Of a stretch of 64,000 nucleotides of DNA, positions 30,801 through 41,549 are shown piece after piece. Origin of the DNA: Anthoceros angustus (lineage: Eukaryota > Plantae > Anthocerotophyta). A program made the position numbers and the translations under genes. The notes under the pieces were generated by a model, which searched no databases, was not told where the DNA came from, and was given only the letters and a program-made list of their open reading frames with translations. How positions within the stretch are numbered: position 1 is the first letter of the stretch; each line of letters opens with the position of its first letter. Location of the stretch: contig MU008183.1 in the NCBI GenBank assembly GCA_010909165.1, positions 682,001 to 746,000 of the forward strand, read 5' to 3'.

Positions 30801-32560
30801 TGACCGCCACCGGCTTGTCGAATAGAGCCTCGCACGCATCAACAATGGTCGCACACCGCCTTCCGCGAACGGCGTCGCGCCCCCACCGCATGCCCGAGGG
30901 CACCGTTAGCTCCACTGCGTGAGGTCGAGCGGACACGGACCGTCCCGATCGCCACCGGCTTGTCGAATAGAGCCTCGCATCAACACGCACACACCGTTCC
31001 TTGCGAACGGCGTCCTGTACGCCCCACCGCATGCCCGAGGGCACCGTTAGCTCCACTGCGTGAGGTCGAGCGCACACGAAGACAACCCGCCTTCTCCATC
31101 TCCCAAGTCGACCTTGGGAAAGCCTTGTCAGTACTTGTATCCGAGTTTTGTGCCAACGCCGCCTCCGCGCATCCCGACGGTGCTCCCGCTCTTTGCTTCT
31201 TCCGCGGGCCTATACCCGGCAGCCCGTGATTCCGCAGCTGCGTGAATGGGATTGTCCCAACGGCCGCAGGGAGGCGGCCTCGCCTCCTCCCGCCTCTCCT
31301 CCTCCCACCAATCTGGCGTGGCGCGGAATGCGAGACGATCCTCCCACCCATTCCCCGCCATATGTGGAAGGGCCGCCTGGGACGACCACGTTGAACCTCC
31401 GAGCTGCTCCGACGATGGCGGCTTGGCACGGGCGGCCCGGGTCATATCTGCACGCCGCGCCCACGCCAAGGGTCGCCGCGCCGGGCGCAATGACGCCGGC
31501 CCGCTGGGCGAACGCGCGATGGCGCGGCAGCCGACACGGCCGCCCATCCGCGAGGGCAGCCGACACGGCCGCCTCCATCCGCCCATCCGCGGATCGTCTT
31601 CTCCTTCGCGTGCCCAGCAAGAACTGTGTGCCCACAATTTCTTCTTCGTCTGCTGCCCGAGCGGGTTGAGAAGTGCAATGCTCACCGTGTCTTCCGCTAG
31701 ACGCCATGGAGCCTGTGTGCAAGATCCGCGCTGGCCTGATACCTTATGTCCACACCGCCACCGATGTGGCGCCTCGTGTGGGACGAGACGCGCATGTGCA
31801 AGGAGATCGATGGCGATGTCGCAAGCATTGCGCGGTGTTCGAAGGGGTTGCAGCCGGAAAGCTGAAATCATTGTCCATAATCCTCCGTATCCGCCCGACA
31901 TACTCGCACGCCGGCATGTGCGGTACATCGTTGAGTTACGAGGGGCCGGGCGCAAGTTTTGGCTCCGAAACATGATTGCTGCGTTGCGCTACCGCATTTC
32001 CTCAAGTTGCGCCCACGCCGCGCCCCATGCACGCGGCGCCACTCCACACCCTCATCGCGCTGCCACCGCACCACTCCCGGTTGTTGCAGAGGACATGACG
32101 TAGTGGGTCGCCGGCGTTTGACTTCCGCGGCGCCCGCCAAACATGCCGATGGCGCGGAGGGTCCATGGTTCCTTCCGCGTCACATGTGCGAAGATGCGGC
32201 ACAAACGTGTCGCACTAACATATTGGGTCCGATATGGTCCGAATATAGTGGGCCGATAGGCAAATGATGCGGTATCATCGCTGGCCCGAGCATTTGTGTC
32301 CGGACCGCACACCAATACCGACGCTCGAAGCAATTCATTGTGCCTCGGCTTATTCAAATGCCCTTCTCATCCGATGTCTATGGTCGTGCATTGCGCAGTC
32401 GACCGGCTATGCATTTATAAGGTATTTCGTAGGCGCGCCATGGTCTCGATCCGCTCATGAAGTCCATCCCATATTGCTTGCCATGAAATCCGTGAGCATG
32501 GCCCATATTGGCTCGCCAACGCAGCCATCACTTCACATTTTTCGATGGCATGGTTGCCCC
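24850..32560 (-). other. Transposon cargo unit B: frameshifted coding-like region with nested tandem duplications, unidentified
   Basis: Peptides recur across copies (GLVRLLEDMDDRLDLRSMTAEEL; RRFEDILTSGECEDAII; ALKRAFKTDMLTSHPLMAILQEEAARR). Modules at about 26305-27110, 27140-27900, 28975-29560 and at about 27930-28975, 29600-30640. Confidence 0.5.
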
Positions 32561-33199
32561 TTGGCCCTTCCGGCCTCATGGCTCGGAGATTTGTCTGTCA
32601 CTCCCACATCCCGACCCCATCCCGCCAAGACCGGTCCTCCCCCTTACCCGCCCGCCACGGACAGGGCCGCAGTGCCCGCACGCCATCCCGCAGGCACAGG
32701 CCGCAGGCCGCTGCGGAGCGCACCAAAGATGCCCCACCCGCACGGCCCGCCCCACCACCACAAACCGCCCCACGCTCAACCCCGCCCCAACCCACAAACC
32801 GCCCCACCGCTCAACCCCGCCCCAACCCGACCAACCCACCCCACCCAACAAACCAAAGAAGCGAAAATGCCGACCAACCAAAATGCCTAAACCGCAAATT
32901 TTCGAAAATGCATACAATGCCTTACATTGGTGAAATGCATAGCATGCGAAAAAGGCAATTGCGTTGAATGTGCAACCGGACGAGGTTGAATGTGCACTGA
33001 CAATAACGACCGCCATAGAACACAATGCACTTGCGTCAAACGAGGATGACGTTGGCTGCCTCGCAGCTCCCTCCTCGAATGACAATGACAATAATGAAGG
33101 AGGTGCATATTCATATGAACACATGAACAATGGTCCCTTGTGTCCAAGACCAAGGCAATCGCAATGCATTTGACCGAGTGGCCCCGATCAAGTTGGTTG

Positions 33200-34750
33200 C
33201 CTAACGCTCCCACTAGATCCCAAAGGTCAAGAGAGAAAGAAGCCAGTGCATGGTCAAGTATGGATGCCTTTCCATGCAAACAAACTTCTACAATCGAATA
33301 ATGAATGGGTAGGAAGCCACATATATAGACATGTTTATCGGTAGATGTCAAGACCAAGGAACAGGTTAATCACGTGCCACCTCACTTGGCCGGTAGGCAC
33401 TATAGGTCTATTTAAAACCCTACTTGTCCTTGGCCTTGAACAAATGATATGTATGCGATGTAACGCACCTTTTCATTGGGTTATGTTGTTCATGTATGTA
33501 TATATGTGTTCGCAACCCTATATCATTATGGTATGCCGTCACATGCATCACGATGCACATGGATTCATTGTGGCATGACACAACATCTACCTAGGCATGT
33601 TCACATACACAACATGCCAACCATACATGCATACACACCATGTGCATGCCATACATTCAATGCACCCTCATCACATGCACCACCCAAATCACATGGCATA
33701 TGGCAAGTGGTATGACAACAATGTTCGCTAAAGTCAAGACCAAGGAAACACATGCAAGGGTTGGACCGAGGCTCCCACCGAAATGCGGATCCCACAAGAC
33801 ATAAGAGAGAAAGAAGACAAGACCTTGTCTACTTCGCCTGAACCTAGGGTCAAGTATGGATGCTGCTCCATGCATACAAACTTCTACAATCGAATTATGA
33901 TTGGGAAGGAAGCCACATATATAGACATGTTCACGGTAGCGTATGCAAGCCCAAGGAACAGTTGAATCACGTGCCACCTCACGAGTCGAAACTTTGGGTT
34001 TATTTATTATCATACTTGTCCTTGGCCTCAACAAATGAATGCAATCGAACACTGGGTTTTTATTATCATACTTGTCATATACATGACGATCTAGGTAGAC
34101 ATGTTCACGCATCCGATTGCAACCATGCATCATGCATACATACCATGTGCATGCATGTGTTGTGGTGTTTAGGTTTTTCTATGTAGATGCGATGACCTAT
34201 ATATGTGTCATAGTACCGCGCCATATACATCTAGATAGATGGATTGCGCCATGACGATCTAGGTAGACATGTTCACGTGCATCCGATTGCAACCATGCAT
34301 CATGCATACATACCATGTGCATGCCATGTGGACCTTTTCCTTATGGTGTTTAGGTTTTTCTATGTAGATGCGATGACCTATATATGTGTCATAGTACCGC
34401 ATATACATGACGATGCGATAGATGGATTGCGCTATGACACAAAGATCTAGGTAGACATGTTCACGCAGCATCCATTGCAACCATGCATCATGCATACATA
34501 CCATGTGCATGTGTGGACCTTTTCCTTGGTGTTTAGGTTTTTCTATGTAGATGCGATGACCTATATGTGTCATAGTACCGCGCCATATAGACATGACGAT
34601 GCAGATAGATGGATTGCGCCATGACACAAAGATCTAGGTAGACATGTTCACGCATCACAAACCATGCATCATGCATACATACCATGTGCATGCCATGTGC
34701 ACCTTTTCCTTATGATTTGGTTTTTGTATATAGATTTGCGACCTCTTCCG
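33200..34750. repeat. Right internal minisatellite arm, mostly inverted relative to 22850-24260
   Basis: gatctaggtagacatgttcacg at 34088, 34256, 34444 and 34631 (periods 168, 188, 187); reverse complement of 33200-33440 matches 24010-24260. Confidence 0.85.
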
Positions 34751-35269
34751 TTGTCCGGCAGATATCAAAACCACATACCAGGAAGATGGATTGGTTGGAA
34801 ATGAAAATTGGGAGGTTGTGTATGGCGCCTCAAAGTGAAAGGGTTTGGTACATGTGCGAGCTACTCACGCCCACGCCACCAAAGGGAGGGGTTAGTGAAA
34901 TTAGGTGGAAGTGGCGATACCGCGGTGTTGGTTGGGTTTGAGCAGACGGCGCCCACCGCTGGTGATCGCCGGCGGTCGCAACCTGCGGAGAAGGGGGAAG
35001 GGACGGTTGCCGCGGTGGTCGGAAGGGAAACGCGGGTGCGCATTTACGTGCAAGGAAGGCGCGGCCGGGTGGCGGTGGGTGGAGTGCAACGCGCCCGACG
35101 CCTGTGCCGTGGAGGAGGATGAGGAACACAAGATCGCCGGGCGGCGATGAGCGAGGCGGCGCCTGTGGGTTGGTGTGTTCTCGGCCGGGCGGTTGCGCTT
35201 GAAGAGTGGAAGGTGGCCAGTGAGTAGGTAGTCGGAGCCCATGTCAGATGACCGCCGCAAATCACGGTG

Positions 35270-38200
35270 CGGATGCGCATGTTTGCGGTGTCCGGCGAGC
35301 ACGGCCTTGTGCGAGGGGCGCGTGGAAGGGCCGGGAGGAATGGGAGATGCAAAGCTCGCGAGTACATTCTGCGTGGCCTATGGTTCCCATCAACCATGGG
35401 AGCGTCCGAGTTCTTGGCATTTGTGGAGGACCATCAAAGCCGGTTCCGCGCATAGAGGGCTATCCAGAAACTTGCCGCAACGACTGCACCGCGAGGGACG
35501 ACCGGATGGAGTGGCGGTGGACAAATTATCGCGAGAGTGCCTACTGTGGAGTGCCACATTTTCATGCACCAAGTGTTCGGCTGGCCGCCGTCGGATGGAA
35601 GAGGTACCGGAAAGGAGAGCTGCCAAAAGCTGACGACCGCACCGGCGAGGGACGACCGGATGGAGTGGCGGTGGACAAATTATCGCGAGAGTGCATACCG
35701 TGGAGTGCCACATTTTCATGCACCAAGTGTTCGAGTTGGCGCCGGATGGAAGAGGTACCGGAAAGGAGAGCTGCCGAACGGACGACCTTAGGATTTGGTT
35801 TTCCGTGCACGCATCGAGTGCCACCGACCGTGGAGAGGTGGCCTATGAGGTATTATGAATTGGTTGATTTCGCGCGGTATGGAGAAATGGAATGGAATGA
35901 GAAGACGGAGCGTTGTTCCGGGATATCAACCGCGAGAGAACCATGTTCGAGTACTTGGGATGCGAGCGGGAAGGTAACCGTGCCGGCCGTGAAGGCACAA
36001 AATTGTAATGCGTTGCGGTTGGGAATGGCGTGATGCGGAGCACAGCCGATGGTGAACGCCAGCCGCAAGGGTGAGGCGGCGGCTTCGCATGGCTGCGACG
36101 GCCACGCCCGAGGGTAACCGCCGCTAAGTTGCGGATCGTTGTAAGGTGTGCGGCGTGCGCGATTGCACATTCAATGTTTGCTGAAAATGCACGGTGTGAA
36201 AACGAGAATCGCATGTGGCTCGCATGGCATCGCATTGCACACGACCGACGGAAGGGTGCGTGAAACATGCGCATATGCCGCAGCGCTATGATGCGGATGC
36301 GCGAATGGAGCGGGCGTAAAGGCGCCGCTGGGGATCTCGACGATCCCGAGGCCGCAAGTATACCTATGATTCCGTGCACATTCAATGCCCGCCATGATGG
36401 TGCGTTCGAAACGGGGAGGCGATGGAGGAGGAGGTGCGGTGCACGCGCCTGTGAAGGAGCCATGGCGACGACGGAGGAGGGAGGAGTGGGAGAGGCCATG
36501 GACAACCCGTGGTCGTCCGAACGGAAGGTGGAGTGGAAGTCACGCCGCGGTGGTGGATCAACCGATTGGCGCACCCACCTTGGGAGGGGCGGGACGTCGA
36601 TCTCGTGGAGGTGCACCACAAGTGGAGACAGGTGCTCACGCAGCGCGATGCCGCATCCGCGGTCACCATGAATTCTCAAACCTCGCTATTGATTGCGTGG
36701 TGGATTGCACAGCGGTCTCCATTGCCCACGGCCATGCTTGGGCGGCTCAAGGAGGCGTGACTCCGCCCACAACGAGCGACAGTACGAAGGGCTATGTGGC
36801 CTCCAAGGAAATGCTTTGCGCGGGCTCGTGAGCCTCACAACTCTTGTGTGTGCGTGGTATGATCCATTCGAGTTTGCGGCCGACAGTGAGAGCGTGGGCG
36901 TGGACGCGTGCCACCGCGCAGGACGATCGAGGCGGCGGTGGATGGTCGGGCGCCGCCGAGGAGAGCGCAATGCGGCGGAGGAAGGGGCGGCCGGGCAAGA
37001 TGATGCGCCGGCGACGGGCGATGCGCGGCCGACCGGAGGTTGTGGGCGAGGTCATCGAGCGGCGGTTTTGGCCGACCGTCCCCGCCGAACGCCTCGCCGG
37101 GCGCCAATGCGGGGATCGGCACATGCCGGACGGGCGGGGCGCGAGGAGTGGAAGCGACGGTGGCTCGCGAAGCCCGGGCGACGGAGCCGGTGTGGGAGTG
37201 GGAGTCCGCAAATCCACTCCACCGACTCCGCATGTGCGAGCGAGGCATGTACCGGGAGGGCGAGAAATGTGGCACGATGCTGGTCCGGGAAATGGGTACT
37301 CATGGTATTGGAGGTTCCATTGTCCGCAATGCACAAAGATTTCATTTTCGGTGGAGAGGATCGACAGGGCCTACCATTGAGGTCGGGTTGGAGGTGGAGT
37401 GAAGGTGCGGCATCATGCACGCCTTGGGCACGGAATGCGAACGCGCAAAGAATCGGCATGGCACGTTGGTGCCGTTGTGGATGCAATTCGAAGAGTGGAT
37501 TGCAATCTGCGTGCTCGACCATCGAGATAGGAACGCCACCGTGACCATGCTCGTGAGAAGTCAATGGAGGCTTCGTGGGAGTTTTCAACAGAGAAGGACG
37601 CCTTTTTCGCAATCACCGCTGCTCAAAGTGGAGGAAAGCAGTTGGATGGCACCCTATGGTCGCAGTGGAGGGAATGATAGCGGCGGATGTTCGCAATCGG
37701 AGAAGTGGAGTTGGAAGCTAGGTGAGGCGGTTGGGCGGAATGGGACCGGCGTCACATGTGCTCGTGGACCGGGCCAAAGCGGCATTGGAACATGCGTGAG
37801 GCTCGTTTGTCAGGTTGGGACATTGAGCATCCTCCTGTGGAGTTGGATCAACACAATTTTTGTGGGTCACGCTCATTGCCGTCGGTACAACAGACGGAGC
37901 ATTTCATATGTTACATGGACTCAATCGAACGAAGAGGGAGTATTCCAAACCTGGAAGCATGTGACCGATTATCGTGGCATGCCACACAATGGGGGTCGAC
38001 GGATACGCCCGATAGCCGGAAGATCCCATGCCTTTTGTTCGCACCGAGGACCGTCGTGGAACCCCCGCATTGAGGTAAGGCAGTGTTCTCGCTATTTGCC
38101 GGGTTTGCAAGCGAAGTCAAGAGTGAAGATAGGAGAGCGGGCCATCGAATTGTCGATGGCCTCCGAAAATGGGCGGTGGACGGCAAGTGTGTTTGCCGCA

Positions 38201-38300
38201 CGCCGTGAAGCGCCCATTCTAGATTGTTCACATACGACAGGTGTTTGGTGCGTGCGGGTTTGAAGTGTTGCCGGAGTGCACTTGTGGTCGCACTTCAAAC
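35270..38300 (+). other. Transposon cargo unit C: long frameshifted ORF(s) upstream of the transposase, unidentified
   Basis: Protein-like stretches across frames (EYILRGLWFPSTMGASEFLAFVEDHQ; RIVVRCAACAIAHSMF; CGIMHALGTECERAKNRHGTLVPLWMQFEEWIAICVLDH); about 153-bp internal duplication at 35480/35633. Confidence 0.4.
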
Positions 38301-38859
38301 AATGAATGAAATGCGAAACGAAAAGTAAACCGTGATAGCTACGGGCGCACCGTGAACTTGCCGGCGGCCTCTACCGCAGTGCACAGGAAACCCCCGCAAG
38401 CGCTTGAATCGGACCGTCCGGAACAAAAATCGGAGTGGCATACGCTAATACCGATCGAGCCGCCTGACGAAACCCTTGGCTGCGGACATGCCATTACTCG
38501 GGCGGAAAGTGTTAGGAGGATCGAAATCGCCTACTGCTCAGAGAGGTGCATTTGGGGTTTGAACTGGAGGAAGGCGATGGGGCAAGGAAAAGCGCCCATC
38601 AGGGCGGCGGCGCGAGGTCCGAGGGTGTTGAGGCCACCAAGTTCCACCTTGGCCATCACGTGGGGCAAAAAGCAGTGAAGGGTGCCCATGGACGCGGCGG
38701 CCTTCGCGGACGAAGGAGGAAGATGGTGGGCGCCAAAGACGGCCGCATCAGAGGTCATGGCGAAGCCCATCATCATGCGGACGGTGAAAACTTGTGCACC
38801 TGCGAGGAGCCGTGGGATGAGGGCCGGAAGGTGGAGATGAAGGATGCATAGGAGACGGG

Positions 38860-40805
38860 CGGGTGCGCGCGCCTTACACCGCAAACTGTATGATTTGGCG
38901 GCAAAGACTGGTGGAGACCATTGAAAGGCCTACCGACGGAGCTAGGCCGCAGCTTGAGCACGGTGACGAGGCTCTCGTGACGACACGGCATGGCGCGGGT
39001 GTATGGGAGGTTGTCCGTGGAGGAGGTGTGCACGATTGCCACGCACACACCCATCACCCAAGACGTGAACGCCGGAATACGATTCGTGCGTGCAGAAATC
39101 GGATGGAATCGAAATCCCAAGGAGGCAGGTCACGGAGGCGCTTGATGGCTGAGCACATGGCACGACGGCCGAAAGGCGCATCCGCTGGCCCAAGACACCA
39201 ATGCGACACCCATGTACATGTGGCATATGGATTGGGTGCGTGAGAGGAGGGGGGGCACATGTTCGCAGTTCGCGGCAGGGAAGGAAGGTGAGTTGTGACC
39301 GCAATCACCGACGGAGCTAGGCAGTTTGAGCACGGTGACGAGGCTCCTGCATCGGCACACGGCATGGCGCGGGGTGTATGGGAGGTTGTCCGTGGAGGAG
39401 GTGTGCACGCTGATTGCCACGCACACACCCATCACCCGGCACGGCGTGAATGCTGGAATACGATTCGTGCAGGCAGAGCTGCAACTGGATGGAATCGAAA
39501 TCCCTAGGAGGCAGGTCACGGAGGCGCTGCGTTTGATGCAGCCGGAGCACATGGCACGAGCCGATAAAGGCGATCCGCTGGCCCAAGACACCAATGCGAC
39601 ACCCATGTACATGTGGCATATGGATTGTAAGTGCGTGAGAGGAGGGGGGGTCGCGATGTTCGCAGTGTTCGCGGTGCAGGAAGAAGTGATTGCAGGAGTT
39701 GTGACCGCAATCACCGACGGTGCCTCGTGGTTGCCTTGTGCGCAATTTTATGACAAGACCAATTCTACTTGAGTGCACGGGGCCATAGATGGGGCAACCC
39801 ATTACGCCCCGTTGGTGCCGGAGGATAACAAGCGGGAACGACGATTTTCAACGCCTATGTGGAAGCAAGTGAGGAAGTTTGGGCATCCGCAGGATTTGGC
39901 CGACACGCAGCAGAGCACAACCTATAGAGGCGATATGAACCGAGCGAGGCCAAGGGCACATGGAAGCAACTTCATCCGCGCCCCTCTGCACAACTGTAAA
40001 AGTTAGGAGGTTGGTCTCCTTGTCCGCAGTGATACCGGTGAAGTCGTGAATGCGGATTGTTGCAGGATTGAGCATTTCGGTCCTTGGGAGAGAAGTGGGC
40101 ATTCCTCTACAAGGGTACATGATGGATATGGTGAGGAGCAATGAATCGACATCACCAACCTCGGCACATCCATTCCCCACGCGTGACCTTCATGCCCACG
40201 ATGAGGGCGGAGCTCGAGCGTTGGAGGTGTATGGAATAGGCACCGGTGCGGAAGATCGTGCCGATGTGGACATTCCCGCCATGTGCTCGCATCGCATTCC
40301 AAGAAGAAGGTCGACTACAAGGGTGGGTGCACACCCGCATATGGGGGTGAGGAGGACGATGGCGAGGAGTTCGATGTGGTGGCCTCAAGATGCACAAAAC
40401 GTGGCCCCCGAGATGCCACCACTCAGCGGCATAGAATTGCTGAGCGGGGTGAGCAACTGCAGGCTGCCTGTCCATTTATTTTGTCCAGTTAGATTGTGGA
40501 GGGGGAGGGCGATCGCGCCATTTGTGCACGGGAATCGAATCGATGGGCCATCATGGGTTGTGCAGGAACTGCAGATGGCGAGGGACAATGCATATGCAAA
40601 GGGATTGCAGGACATGGACTTCCTCCTGACATGTATCGGCCGACATGGCACTAACAACACTGCAGGAGTGCAGGAGCACAGGGACGATTGTTCAATACCT
40701 CCACCGGATTTGAGGTCAAGCCACCCGCGGGCGTGGACGGCCATCACGCCGCGTCTATGGTGCACGAGGTGTGAGGGGCGTGGCCCAGATTCGCTTCCGG
40801 AGTGA
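38860..40805 (+). pseudogene. IS3EU-like (IS3/IS481-related) DDE transposase, frameshifted as assembled; 5' part tandemly duplicated
   Basis: HTH-like ELGRSLSTVTRLL; YGRLSVEEV; GIRFVQAELQLDGIEIPRRQVTEALRLMQP; WHMD (39614-39625); HGAIDG (39776-39793); FGHP..D.AAEHN after a frameshift; HN (39989) then a probable intron and RIEHF (about 40064-40078); LERWR..WNRHR (40232-40246). Start and end are approximate. Confidence 0.85.
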
Positions 40806-41360
40806 GCTAGGTGTCGGAGAAAAGTGTTTTGTGCGCCACCATGACCGGGAGCGGTGATTTTGTGCGCTCACCATCACCGGGAGCGTGACAATTTGGATTT
40901 GTTTGTTCGCGCTTTGAGAGTTGAGCGGGTGGCTTTGTTGTGGTGGAATGTAAAGGCCGGTTGTGTGAAGATGGTGTGCGCCACCGCGAGGCCTATGGCT
41001 GGCCTCAGCGCACGACGCCGGATGGTCGCGATAGCCAGCGCGAGGCGCATGGCGCCGACGCTATCAGTACAGGCGATGCCGCCGCGCATATGTGCCCTTG
41101 TGCCTCCTCCACGCTATCTCCCATAAAGCCCGGTGACGGTATCGTGATGGCAAACGAATGGATGTCCGATGGCCCATGCCCTCACAGCGAAAACATTGTG
41201 TGTCACAACCACAAAAGATTCCTGACACAAACCACATTAGTGACGAGATCGGGACACGAGGGCAGGCGCCGACGACCGATGTCGTCAAGGAGACCAGAAG
41301 TTTTCCCGCCGTATGCGGCCGGAAAACTTCTTTGGTCACAATGGAAAAAAACCCTAAAGG

Positions 41361-41387
41361 CCCGTGTGACGAGATCGGTATTCCATA
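41361..41387 (-). repeat. Right terminal inverted repeat
   Basis: cccgtgtgacgagatcggtattccata; its core gtgacgagatcgg recurs subterminally at 41240-41252. Confidence 0.97.
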
Positions 41388-41393
41388 GTTGCG
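41388..41393. repeat. Right target-site duplication GTTGCG
   Basis: Matches 17767-17772. Confidence 0.95.
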
Positions 41394-41549
41394 GCAGAAA
41401 GCATGTCAGCCACATGCAATCATTGCCACATATGCATACGCACAAGAGCCTTCCCCTGAAGGAAAAGTGTTGCATTTGCCTCATGGAAGTGAACAGCTTC
41501 GCAGGGATGAAGCTGCACAAACATGATAGACGGCTCAATACGTGTGAAT

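Larger units (their letters stand above)
17773..41387 (+). mobile_element. Giant 23,615-bp TIR DNA transposon, IS3EU-like
   Basis: Perfect 27-bp TIRs starting TAT and ending ATA, 6-bp TSD, and an internal IS3/IS481-type DDE transposase at about 38860-40805. Strand follows the transposase. Confidence 0.92.

Noticed and set aside
18400-32900. The very many overlapping 60-330 aa ORFs on both strands inside the transposon
   Set aside because: Expected from very high GC content and ccgcc repeats; most are Pro/Arg/Ala-rich shadows, so I did not call them as individual genes.
22830-34750. CRISPR-like or CACTA interpretation of the repeat arrays
   Set aside because: No constant repeat with unique spacers and no cas genes; eukaryotic context. 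No CACTA/TAGTG terminal pair or 3-bp TSD; the true ends are the TAT..ATA TIRs.
36670-36780. DCVVDCTAVSI as a possible Harbinger/ISL2EU catalytic motif
   Set aside because: Downstream DDE_Tnp_4 motifs (YSxYK, GGxxSD) are not visible; likely chance.
41395-41440. CG*HAFC as a possible RING-finger remnant at the insertion site
   Set aside because: Contains a stop and lacks the other Cys pairs.
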